Shown here piece after piece: positions 1 through 11,400 of a DNA stretch of 64,000 nt. A model generated the notes under the pieces. The model did not search any database and was not told the DNA's origin. It saw only the letters and a program-made list of their open reading frames with translations. The DNA lies in the NCBI GenBank assembly GCA_001938485.1, contig MQRK01216436.1:1-64000 (forward strand). Reading direction: 5' to 3'. The position numbers and the translations under genes were made by a program. Numbering within the stretch: position 1 is the first letter of the stretch; the number at the start of each line of letters is the position of its first letter. Source of the DNA: Girardia tigrina (lineage: Eukaryota).

Positions 1-941
1 AGAAAATATACAATTGGAAAAGGACCTCGAAAAATTTCTGAAGAACTTGATTTAAATGAAAATTCCGTCGCTTCTGTCATAAGGCTATATGAAAAAACCG
101 GGCGAATATATACAAAAATACACGACCAGGCCGGGAGAAGAAAGTCACTGAAGCTACGCAGCAAGTGATGATTGATGCTATGAGTGAAGATGTTAGTGTG
201 CTATTGCATGTTTTACAAAAGAAGTTATATGAAGATTTGCATATAACAGCAAGTCTTACAACAATAAATAGCTCCTTAAAGGACATGAACTACTCTCTTA
301 AGAGAATTGCTTTTGTTCCAGAAAGAAGAAACGCACTTGATGTAATAAACACTCGAGAATCTTATTGCATTGACTACATGCTTCAGAACGAAGAAAAGCT
401 AATATTTTTTATGACTTTGGAGTAAGCTGCAGCACAAGAGTTGCATACGGAAGAAGTCTTGTAGGCACCCCAGTAAGAAAACCAATCCGTTCTATAAGAT
501 CAAAAAATATTTCTGTCTGTTCAGCTGTTATGAAGTCTGGTGAGAAATATTTTAAAATCAGGGAGACTGCATACAACTCGGTTTCTTTCCTTGAGTTTTT
601 AAGTGGATTGATAAGCAGTTTGCGTGATGGTGGTGTAATTTCAGGAACAGTTATAATGGATAATGCCACTATACATAAAAATACTGTTCAGATGAGTTTT
701 TTTTATGTCAAATGGCTTTGACCTTGTGTTTCTTCCTGCATATACACCTCAATTAAATCCTATTGAGGAGTTGTTTAGCAAATGGAAACATTACATTGCG
801 CGCCTTAATCCAAGAACACTTGATGATCTTTATAACAATATAAATGAGGCGGCTGGTTTGATAACACCCAAAGATTGTAACGGTTTTTATCATCACGTAA
901 CAGAGTTTGCATTGAAAGGAATAAGAAGAGAAGAATTTTAA
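1..941 (+). pseudogene. IS630/Tc1 DD34E transposase, frameshifted, 5' end outside window
   Basis: Fragments in three frames: HTH-like N-terminus, MDNATIHK and LPAYTPQLNPIEELFSKWK. Joining across the T-run at ~687-694 gives 34 residues between the second D and the E. Confidence 0.9.
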
Positions 942-998
942 TAAAGTGTTGTTTTTGTGCTTTTAATTTATCATATTATGTTTGTATAAATCATATTT

Positions 999-1821
999 TG
1001 TTGGGGTATAAAGGTGATTAAAGAACAATTATAAAACGAAATAAAACAAGGATATTCTTTTTAAATATATTTATTTCTTATGTACAGGGTTACAGAAATT
1101 GATTTCAAAATATTTAAAAGATCCTATTCTATTTAATGAATTTGTATTTTGGGTAAAGCGAGAAAAGATAATTCTTTTGCCCGCAAATCAGTTTGATAAA
1201 AATAATATATAAAGATATATTACTAAAGAAAATATATAAATTATATTCAGGATTTGATCCGTACTTTTTTCTTATAATTCGTAACTTCTATGAGACTTTT
1301 CCGTCCAAATTAATTCTCTCTAGATCACAATTTGATCGTCGCCTTTTTATATAGATTGGTATGAATTCAATTATCTCCGCGTGAGATAATTTATACAAAA
1401 ATAATAAATTCCTTTGACGTTCTTGTATAATTATTCCGACCTTTAAAACCTTTAATTAAAATGTAATTAAGGTTTCTTTCAAATAACTTTCTTTTCAAAT
1501 ACAACTCTTTTCTTTTAAAACTCTTGTCTTTAAAATATAATTAAGGGCGCTTTCTTTATAAAATCTCTCTTTTTATACTACTTCTTTTATTTTAAATTCT
1601 TTCTATTTATCTTTAATAATAATCTGTTTATCTTTTCTATAAAAATACCTGTTATTCCTTTCTAAATTAAATTTGTACTTTGTTTATTTAAATTCATTTA
1701 TTTATATTTAATATAATAAAAAGGTAAATAATTTTTATTGTACCTATTTAATTAAAACAAATATCTAATTTTTTAATATTTATATTTTATATACTAAAAT
1801 TTATATTTTATATACTTAACA
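999..1821. mobile_element. Solo LTR (823 bp) inserted in the 3' part of the Tc1 element
   Basis: TGTTGGGGTATA...TATACTTAACA termini; 4-bp TSD ATTT at 995-998 and 1822-1825; similar to 31965-32741. Confidence 0.85.
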
Positions 1822-1839
1822 ATTTGTTTGCGTATCTAA

Positions 1840-1990
1840 AATCGTTAATTTAAATTGGAAAATCGTTAATTTAAATTTGATAGTCGTTAAATTAAATTTG
1901 ATAGTCGTTAAATTAAATTTGATAGTCGTTAAATTAAATTGGATATTCGTTATTTAAAGTTTTAAACTCGTTAATTAATGGTGTAAACCC
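1840..1990. repeat. ~21-bp tandem repeat (about 6-7 units), probable subterminal array at the right end of the Tc1 element
   Basis: Repeats of (A/G)TCGTTAA(A/T)TTAAATT(T/G)GATA, ending GGTGTAAACCC followed by TA. Confidence 0.65.
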
Positions 1991-2376
1991 TATATTATCA
2001 ATTGACATTTTCATACTTTTATTGATTAACCAAATTGGTGCATTTTTTTATCTGTTAAATAATCACGGAGTTCGATCAATGTTACCGTTGACTAATGAAA
2101 CTGTACAAAATTAATATATTCATTTCGTAAAGAGGAATTTGTAAAATTTCAATGATTTTTGCTATTTCGGAGTTTTATTTCCTATTTTATGCAGCTTTTC
2201 TGAATAATTTTGCCAGCAATTTTCAATTGAAAATATTTTTATGTAAATTTGTGATTTATCATGCAGCGATGTTACCATTCTCAATTCCTTCATTTGCTCT
2301 CACACTATTCCCAAAAACCGACGCGGCAACACGAAGACGAGAATATCGGACCACTTGATTGAAACAAAGTGTTTAA

Positions 2377-2496
2377 GGAGTGTCGAAATTAAATACATTA
2401 TATTTAATAAGTGACATAATCCGAGATAATCTTAATATTCCATGTATAGCTCTCATAGGAGCCAATTTGGGAGATGAAGTTTCCAATGAATTTTAT
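2377..2496 (+). pseudogene. GPD1: Isolated fragment of NAD-dependent glycerol-3-phosphate dehydrogenase
   Basis: GVSKLNTLYLISDIIRDNLNIPCIALIGANLGDEVSNEFY resembles the GPD1 segment LISE(V/I)I...LGIP..VLMGANIA.EV. No other GPD1 exons were seen. Confidence 0.75.
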
Positions 2497-4212
2497 CCTC
2501 TCGGGAACGAGATTGATGAGCAGCAGGCAGATTCCGGTGAAATCAGTCTTTCCTTCCCCCTTGTTCTGGAAACACCGAATACCCAATTCTGGGACCCGCG
2601 CCCACTCGTGTACCTAAAACATATTAAAGAATAAACGTTTTGACTTCTTTTTAATAAATTCATCAATCACTTAGATACGCCAACAAAAGGTATTCAAAAA
2701 AGGGTTAAAAATTACATAGATACAAAGAAAGTAAGCTAATATAAAGAATGGAAAAATCATAATAATATGATACAAGAGCGTGCAAAGCGCGGCTGCAGCA
2801 CCTTGTAGTTTGGTGGCGGTGGTGGGGTTGGAAGACTAAAAAACTATCTCTTTTGATAAATTCTCTGTTGATGATCGATTCACTTCTCCTTCACATTCAC
2901 AATAGACCCATATTTGATCGGGAATTCCATTCTGCGTCCACCATACTGGAGCTCAAATAATCGATGCCTGTTATTTCTCGATCCCGCACGAATCACAATA
3001 TTCAGCATTACTATTATTTGCCTTGCCACATAACTCGTATGAACAAAGTCAATCACTCCATCTAGTATTGAAACAATCCACATACATGTCGCCATTCATG
3101 GAATTGAGAACGGTTACATCGCTGCATGGATAGGTGTCGGCTAATCAATGATACGTCATCTGAGATCACTCTATTTGTTCCTTCAAACTCAACTGTCATT
3201 TGGGGTGTGTCGGCTCCCTCTAAAAAATCTCTGAAGATCACAATTCGATTTTTTTAATCACAAAAAATAATAAGCGCCTAAAATACTGATTGTTAGGAAT
3301 TAAAAATTCTAAGAGAATTTTTGAAAGAACGTTATATTAAATATGTACAAATTAAATTTTTTATATAATTAAATATGTAACGTTTGAAAAAATAAAATTA
3401 CTAAAATTAAGAAGATCAATTAAATTGCTAATAATAAAAAAAAATTTTGAGAGTTTTTAATATAATATAAAAAGTAAAATGTATAATTTTTATGTATGAC
3501 GAGTTGGAAATGGGTAAATCGATAGGATCTATACCCATATTTGGAATATTGCAAGTTAACAAATCCAACATAAGACCGATCTTTGATTTTAGGAAATTGA
3601 ACAATTATGTAGACGTGTACAGTGATTCAGCAGACAGTGTTTGGAAAAAATTCGTACCTGGCTGCGAAAAATATCAAGATTTTCCATGCTTGATTTATCA
3701 GAGGCGAATATGCAGTTCAAGTTCACAAGGAAATGTGGCGTTATCAATCATATATCATTAATGGGAAAAAGTACATTCTAACCAGGATGGGCTTTGGTTT
3801 AAATATCGCTCCAACCATTATGACTAAAATTGTCAAGAGGATTTTAAATTTTAATCCCAGAGTACGTGAAAACACCGACTCTTACATCGATAACATTTAC
3901 GTTGATGAAATTACAAACACAGTTGACGAAGTTAGAATGTTGTTCTAGAAATTTTGTCTTAAATGCAAAAAAAAGAAAATCTCTCAATGGATAAAGAGAT
4001 GTGAGTGTTGGGAGTTAGTCTTTAAAGATAAGAATTCGATGAGATCGATGAGAGATAATCCTTTCAAGGACGAAATAGTTGCCGAATCAATATCGCGTCG
4101 TGAGTTATATTCGCTGTGTGGTCAATTAGTATGAATCCACCCTGTTGCTGGTTGGCTACGTACATAATGTTCCTACATGAAAAGGCTCAGTGAAAGAAAA
4201 TGGGATGAGAAA

Positions 4213-5567
4213 TGTTACGATCGACACTTTTATTTAATTCATCAAATTTTATTTAATTTAATTTTGTATGAGAAGAAAGAAGCGATTACCAATGGTTGAG
4301 AGTTTTACACATGTTTAGGGCTCGAGGAAGAAGCATGTTGATCTTTAGGGGAAGATAGCTGGGTGAGAGAGGGAGACCCATGTACAGGTTGTAAATAGTG
4401 ATAATTAAATAGTAATTGATAATGGACTCAAAACAAATAATGTATATTGATTTTTAAATAAATTTAATAAAATTTTCATAAGATGGTGAAAAATAATATT
4501 TATCTTTTTTTTGTAATATGAATTAATTATATTATTAACTTTCTTCAGTAAATATGGTTCAAGCAATAATAAACAATTCAATTTATTAATCAGTATGTAT
4601 AACCATAATGAATTTCATCAAAAATTGAATTTAAAATTCGAACCCAAAATACTTAAAGAGTATTAAATGATATAAAGTATTTTGTGACGTGAATATAAAT
4701 GAAATTTAATGGCATTTAGAATAAATATAGTGAATAAAGTTGCGTAATCATATAATTAACGATAGTAAATCAATTAATATTGAGGAATATCAAATAATAA
4801 TAAATATTAAATGATAATGATAACATTCATAGAGTTAAAAACGAATATGATTAAATATAAATATAATCAAGTGTATATATATGTATATATTGCTTAAAAA
4901 CAAAATATTTCTAATCACATTTGCTTATTTTAGTAAAGAATTAACGAAATTTGGAATTAGACGTATTCAGGCGCTAAGAATTATACAGATTGTATATTAA
5001 ATTTTCTAGTTTCAACTTGATGTTTATGTCATTATCTGATTTTATTAACGTTTTTTCCGTTTTCAAACAATATGAATTTCAATGTTTATCCAACGATCAT
5101 TATTGTTGAGAAAATAATTTTCAGAAATTTATATCGATAGATTTGGTGTGTGACGGTAACTAGGATTGTGATAACGAGTTTTCATCGAGGCAAAGAACCT
5201 TTTGGAGGTGACGCAGGCCGGCCGCAGAATGCAAGGGGCACGTGGACGGACCGTCGTTTATCTCCTTGGAGCTCTCTTTGTCTTACCTTAATAATTCATC
5301 AGTGTAATTTAAAATGCAGGCTTTAGTAATATCAACCCCTCCAGAAGCTGAGCTGCCAGTCAGGCCATACTCGATACTAGTAGAGAACCTGAAGGCGCTC
5401 CGAAGCACATACAACTTGTTGATGTGCGTGGAGGAAACGCGTCTGTTTCCCATGAGTGTAGTTTTAAGATATAGGAGCGTAAATTGTGTGATATAGTTGC
5501 CGTTTAAATAAAAAGCGGATGGGGGCTCTGAGCTTACAAAAATATTGAAAAAAGGGGGAACACGACA
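4213..5567 (+). mobile_element. Family A solo LTR, internally deleted (1355 bp), inserted in Gypsy pol
   Basis: TGTTACGATCGACACTTT...GGGGGAACACGACA termini identical to 19380-25572; TSD GAAA at 4209-4212 and 5568-5571; pol reading resumes after it. Confidence 0.9.
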
Positions 5568-7190
5568 GAAAATATATGTCGAATTATTCGAGAAATCAAA
5601 TTTGTTTTGAAAAAAGTTAAGGAGGAAAATCCTTGTAGAGGACTATGGAGTTTTGAGGATTGTAAGGACGGCATCATATGGTGTGATGCCAGTTCAATAG
5701 CCATTGGGGCAGCATTGAAAGTTAAAGGAAATATTATAGAAGACGCATCGTGGTTAAAGAAAACTGACGATTCTAGGCACATAAACGTAGCAAAACTAGA
5801 AGCAGTTGTAAAAGGTCGAAATTTGTCTATTAAATGGGGACTAACGAATGTTGTAGTAAAATCAGATAAAAAATCAGTAGTTTCTTGGATAACTGAAACA
5901 CTATCAGAGCAAACTAAATTACACACAAAAGGCTCTTCCGTGCTTTTGATAAAGCGCTGATTGTCAATGATTAAGGAATTGTGTCAGGAATACGAAATAA
6001 TTTTGAAAATTGAGTTTGTTCATAGTGAAGACAACAAGGCTGATGAACTGACAAGAATACCAAAACAATTAAAACGAAGCAGTTACCTTTTGCCTGTAAC
6101 AGATGACCTATTCAAACTACAGAAATTTCATGAAAAATGTCACTTAGGTGCAAAGAGAATGCGATATCTGTGCGATAAGTTGGAAATAAATGTGTCAAAT
6201 ACGGATATAAAGGATTTGATCTCGAAGTGTCAAAGTTGCCAATCTATTGATCCGGTGNCAATAAAATGAGAAACTGGCAAATTAGCCGTCAATGAAAACT
6301 GGACAAGACTTGTAGCGGATGTCACAAAATTTGATCAACGAAAATTCTTAAGTATCATTGATTGGGGACACTCTCAATTTGCTGAATGGAAACTAATCAA
6401 GTCTGAGGACGTCAAATCGATTGTTACAGAGTTTTCAAATTTGATCTGCGAGCGTGGATCTCCCAAAGAGTTGATTATTGACAATTATACGACATTTCAT
6501 TCATCCGAATTCAGCAAGTTGATGGATAAGTGAAATGTACATGTTTTATATTGAGCTATTAATCGACAAAATTGCGACGGAATAATAGAGATTAATTATA
6601 AGACAATCAAGAAAATCGCGTCTAGATCGAATATGAGTATCATGGGAGCCTTATGGTGGTATAACAATATACCGCCCGACGGAAAGGAGACACCTATTTC
6701 AGTACTTTACAAGTACGTTCCAGTCGGTTTGGAGATAATTGAAAGAATTGAAAAGGAGCCGGTTTACAATAAGGTAAAGATAGACTTTGTAGAGCAACAG
6801 TTAGTCTAGGTAAAGCCTGAAAATAATATGCCATGTACAAAGCAATGGGCAAGAGCCGTTTTCGTTAGGAAATTATATCAAATAAAATGCTTAATAAATT
6901 GTGATGGTTTTTGCGGTTCACGGTATATAGCAGATATTCGACCAAGACAATCAGATCTTCCGCGAAACTCTTACTCGGATTACATGTTGGAAAATAACAA
7001 AGAATCAGCTTTGAGTGTCAGTCAAAATGAATCGGGAATCAGCAACAGACCCTGAAGAGAAAGACGAAAGCCGAATTATTTATCGAGTATTTAGTGGATA
7101 TAGAATCTTGTGACGAAGAATCTGGGGGGGGGAGTGTTACACGTTAAATTTATTTATTAAATGAAATATTTAGTAAGAGAAAATATGGAT

Positions 7191-7694
7191 CAGGGTTCGT
7201 TCATAACTAATTCACGCACTAAGGGAGGAGGGGGTTCATTTGACTGTGATGATGTGTGGTGATATGGAAGGGAGGGTATTCTGAAATGTGACGTCACATT
7301 CAAAAAATCATAAAGTATCAACAAATCATCTCCTGATGCGCTTACAATAAAATTAATAAATTGATAGTGAAAAATTTTGTTTTGAGATATAGCACAACCA
7401 GTGAATTATATTTAATTAAGAAGACCAATAATGTTTATTATATTTTTTAACTATGTCTAATGTCTCAGTAGGGTTTTGTTTTGTCCTTTGTTTTATATCA
7501 ATTAAGATATATATTTTTTACCTGAATTAAATTGAAATGTTTTTGTTTAAATATTTTTTATTTAAAAAGAGGGTGTGCTCCGAAATTTGTGGCGTAGTTT
7601 TATAGGGGGTATAATATTTTGTGACGAGTTCTGACGACGGTGGAGGGGTATGAAAACGGAAAAATCGATTGACGTTGTTTATGAACAATCCCTA
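7191..7694. mobile_element. MITE, probably hAT-derived
   Basis: Imperfect TIRs CAGGGTTCGTTCATAA / TTATGAACAATCCCTA; no ORF; TSD not recovered. Confidence 0.55.
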
Positions 7695-7807
7695 GTTATT
7701 TGTTTAAATAATATCTATTAAAAAGTATTTGTGTTGAAAAATAAATTTTATAGATTTTTTATTCGTTGTTACAGGATTTTTTCATTTTATATAAGTGATT
7801 TTGGCTA

Positions 7808-8193
7808 TGTAAGGAATGTTTTGAATTGTTTGTTGATATTGTGCATGTTGTATGTTTTTTTTCGGATTGTGTCTCTCCTACCCAGATGGATGATTGATAT
7901 TTTCTTTGATCCCTACTAATTAAAAATTATTTAATATAATTTTAAAGTAAAAAGATTTAAAATCACTTTTGAATGTATTATTTAATTTTTAATGTAATTT
8001 AAAATTTTAATATATTATTTTATATGCAATTTTTAAAAAAAATGTTTAGATTTAATTTTAACCAATTAGAATCTTTAAAATTAATAATTTTTATTAAAAA
8101 ATAGTATGAATTTAGAAATCTATTAATTAAGAAAAATGTCAAATAGATATGATGTTAATAAATGTTTGAAAACTCCTATTGATGTTGTTAATA
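7808..8193 (+). mobile_element. Solo LTR, Gypsy family B (386 bp)
   Basis: Starts TGTAAGGAAT; shares TGTGTCTCTCCTACCCAGATGGATGATT with the LTR at 23756-24196; 5-bp TSD GGCTA at 7803-7807 and 8194-8198. Confidence 0.85.
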
Positions 8194-8463
8194 GGCTAAT
8201 TTACGAAAAGTTTGAGAACTTAGTAAACAACTGACGAAAAAGTTTCACATGTAACGATAAAGGAATTTTAGATTATAAAAATCATAAAAAATTCAGTTAA
8301 GAAATATAATTAGATAATTTTAAATCGTTGAATTTCAGTCTAAATTGAAAATATCTTTGCAAAATAATTAATTCGTGATTTTCTATATATAACACAATAA
8401 TTATCCACTCGTAATAATTTTTGTTTTAATAATATTTGAATTCAATTTAAAAAATCGAACTCG

Positions 8464-11400
8464 ATGTCTTCTAATACAATTTTGAAAGTCGTTTTTGGAA
8501 GTTTATTTGGGTTTATTTTTGGATATAGTGTGAAAAAATTTCTGGCAAAAAAGTGAGAATTAAGATTGCAAGGCCAATAATAAAAAAATTTTGAAGAACA
8601 TCAAACCGAGTAATTATGTTCCCCGATACACGAATTCCGTGCAAAGAGTTAATAAAATCCATTAAAAAATGGGAAAGTGAAGGAAAAAAAATTATCGATT
8701 ATAATTGGTATTCATTTGAATCGGTATTCGTGTAAATGTTCTTTTCGAGAAATTAACGTTTTGAAAATACTTTAAGCGCGAAATTATCGTCCAATGTTAC
8801 AATCCCCATTGTAAATTCTATCATTCCATGGATTCTCCTTACGCTCAGCTATTGTTGCTGATGAGCAGTGCCCAGAAGTCTCTCGACGTGTGCATGTACA
8901 GCTTCTCGGAGAGACATTTTGTAGATATAATCATTTATTTACACAAGATAAAATGTGTAAATATTCGAGTGATTACCGATGAAGTGATTAATTATTATTT
9001 TTACTTAATTATTGATTATTCTATCTACTATTAGTATTAATTTTAATAATATTTATTAACTATTGGTTTCATGATCGATAATTGCATTAATAAAAACGCA
9101 AAACTTTATTTCTAAAACAATTAACCATTATTCAAACAAGCTCATTTCCTTTTATTGTGACCATATCGATGTTATTTCTTTATCTTCCTTCTGTTAATAT
9201 TAATATATTTATTATTAAATAAATAAAATTATTTTATTTGTATCGAATTCAATTTATATAAATAAAAGTGAGTTCAAAGATCCCTCCATTACATTAAGTC
9301 ATTTTTTAGCTCATATTATATTAATAAAGAAGTGTACTTGTTTACAGGGTTTTTCATTAACAAATGTTTTTGCCCAATCCGTCTCCAATTTCCAATCACG
9401 AATTTTGGCCCTGAAGAGGGCCGTATGTCTTTCGCAATTCTTAGAAGCACTTGAGAAACCTCCGATGAAATAATCGGGTTGAAAAGAATTTCCCAAGGTT
9501 CGAATTCAGTACATAATCGAGAGTGGTACTATTCAATTCAACCATGACGCTGATTGGCACACATTTTCCATGAATTCCAGAAGTAAAGTAAACGTAAATT
9601 CTCGGTAATTGCAAATCACTGTCGCCTTCGTAAACACCAGTGGTCGGTTTGATTCCGTGTTCATTGGGGATTATTTTCCAAAACATCGTTCCAATATTGT
9701 TTCCACAACTTTGAAATATTCTCATCAATTCATACCATGGTTCATAAATGCCTCCACATGTCTTGATAAAATATTCCACATTAAAAACATAGCCAAAAGG
9801 CAAAGTTATCAGTTCTTTTAAATTACACATTAAATCTCAAAATAATGGCAAGAAATCGATATTGATCAGTAAACTTTATTTAGCTATCACAGAACTAACA
9901 ATAATAATTCGTTTAAACAAACGAATTTCTGACAATAATTTTTTAATTATTGATATTTTAATATAGATGTTGTATTAATATTTTTTTATTAAACATATTT
10001 TTTTACATGAATCCAATTTTATTTATTTTTCAATTTTGATAATTTTTTTAATTCATTCTGAAACAACAAAGATCCGGTTTCCAAAAAATATTATTTATTA
10101 TTTAATATACAAAAATATCTTTCAAAATCTACGTTTATTTTGTAATAGAAATTCTGTATAAATACAGAAGATTATGGGAAAGTTTCATTAATAAACATTA
10201 ATAAACTTGTATTGTATTAATAATTGAATTAGTATGCAACAAAAGTCAAGGATGGTGATGAACGAGGAAAAATTTAATGCCATCAAGAGATCGCACAGTA
10301 CAGTTAAGTTAAAAGATCTAATGAAAATCACTCTATTAGGAATAAGTGTAATTAATAAAGCAATCAAAAAAATTTTTAGAATGTGGAGATCCAGATCCGA
10401 CTTTTCAGACATATAAAAAACCCGGAAGAAAAATGGTGGATAAAACTCAATTGCATATGACTATAAGAAACATCTTTGGATGTGATAATACACTTACACT
10501 CCAAGGTTGTCGAGAAGCCTTTAATACGAACATTTCTATTCCACAGCTATACAGAGAAGTCAAGTCAGCGAATATTTTGAATTTTTGTATGTATGTAATA
10601 TTTGTTACATAATAAATAATATTTTTTTTGAAAACCGGCTCTTTGTTAATGAAAAACCCTGAAATAGAAAAAAATAAAAATCTTTATATTGATAAGTTCA
10701 TTTCTTTCTTCGCGACATACGCTTGGCATTTATTCTTACATTTCGTCACATAACATTTGTTGGATTAATAATTGAACTCATAAGAACGCAAAACTTTATT
10801 TCAATAACAATTATTCAAGCAATTTTTGTCGAGGAACTTTTCTTTTCGACCAGATTCATTATACGTAAAAATACTGAATTATAAACACTGATATCTTATT
10901 TATTAAACTTATTATTTTTACAATTACATTAATTTTACAGAATTACTTTTCAATATTTTATCTGATTTAGTTTAAAAACAAATTTTGAGTTTCTGTCTTT
11001 TATCTATGTATCTATTTTTATGCTCTTTGAATAGGATCTAGGCTTTATTCATTTAGACTTTAAACACTTAGCATTAATTAAATAAAATGAAAAATTAGCA
11101 TTTTATTAAAATACTTAGCAAAAATACAAGCTTTTAAAATAATAATAATAATGAAATTGATTAATATTAGGTCGTCAAATATGAAATTTGTAGAACTTAA
11201 GTCAGTTTATTGATAATTTACCAATACAAATATTTATATCATTCCTGAAAGTATGCACCCATATTATCGACACACTTTCATGACAAATTCATATTTAGAT
11301 TTCGAGATTATTTATTTTTACTATTTGATTCCGGTCATATTAAAGATACTTGGAACTTAAAACAATCTTTGTGGTCTTAGGGACATACCTTTCTTTGGTG

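Larger units (their letters stand above)
3492..7773 (+). mobile_element. Degenerate Ty3/Gypsy pol (RT-RNase H-integrase) with PPT and 3' LTR
   Basis: RT: IRPIFDFRKLNNYV, LTRMGFGLNIAP, YIDNI. RNase H: WCDASSIAIGA, HINVAKLEA, NKADELTR. Integrase zinc finger: HEKCHLG...CQSCQ. G-rich PPT at 7124-7134, then TGTTAC at 7135. Interrupted by 4213-5567. Right end approximate. Confidence 0.9.
9345..10661 (+). mobile_element. Internally deleted Tc1-like element inside PLD6 intron 3
   Basis: The left TIR (TA|CAGGGTTTTTCATTAACAAA, continuing GATCCGGTTTCC at 10071) matches the right TIR ending at 10661. HTH-like transposase remnant at 10234-10570. The left TIR is split by an LTR insertion. Confidence 0.8.

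Noticed and set aside
1840-1975. Regular repeats resembling a CRISPR array (also 55500-55810 and 45410-45530)
   Set aside because: Head-to-tail tandem units with no unique spacers, no cas genes and a eukaryotic context.
4213-5567. Family A as Ginger-type DNA transposons (TGT...ACA, 4-bp TSD, introns)
   Set aside because: No terminal inverted repeats beyond ~3 bp, and one copy has a PPT-like run, which favours LTRs. A full-length parent was not seen, so this is not fully excluded.
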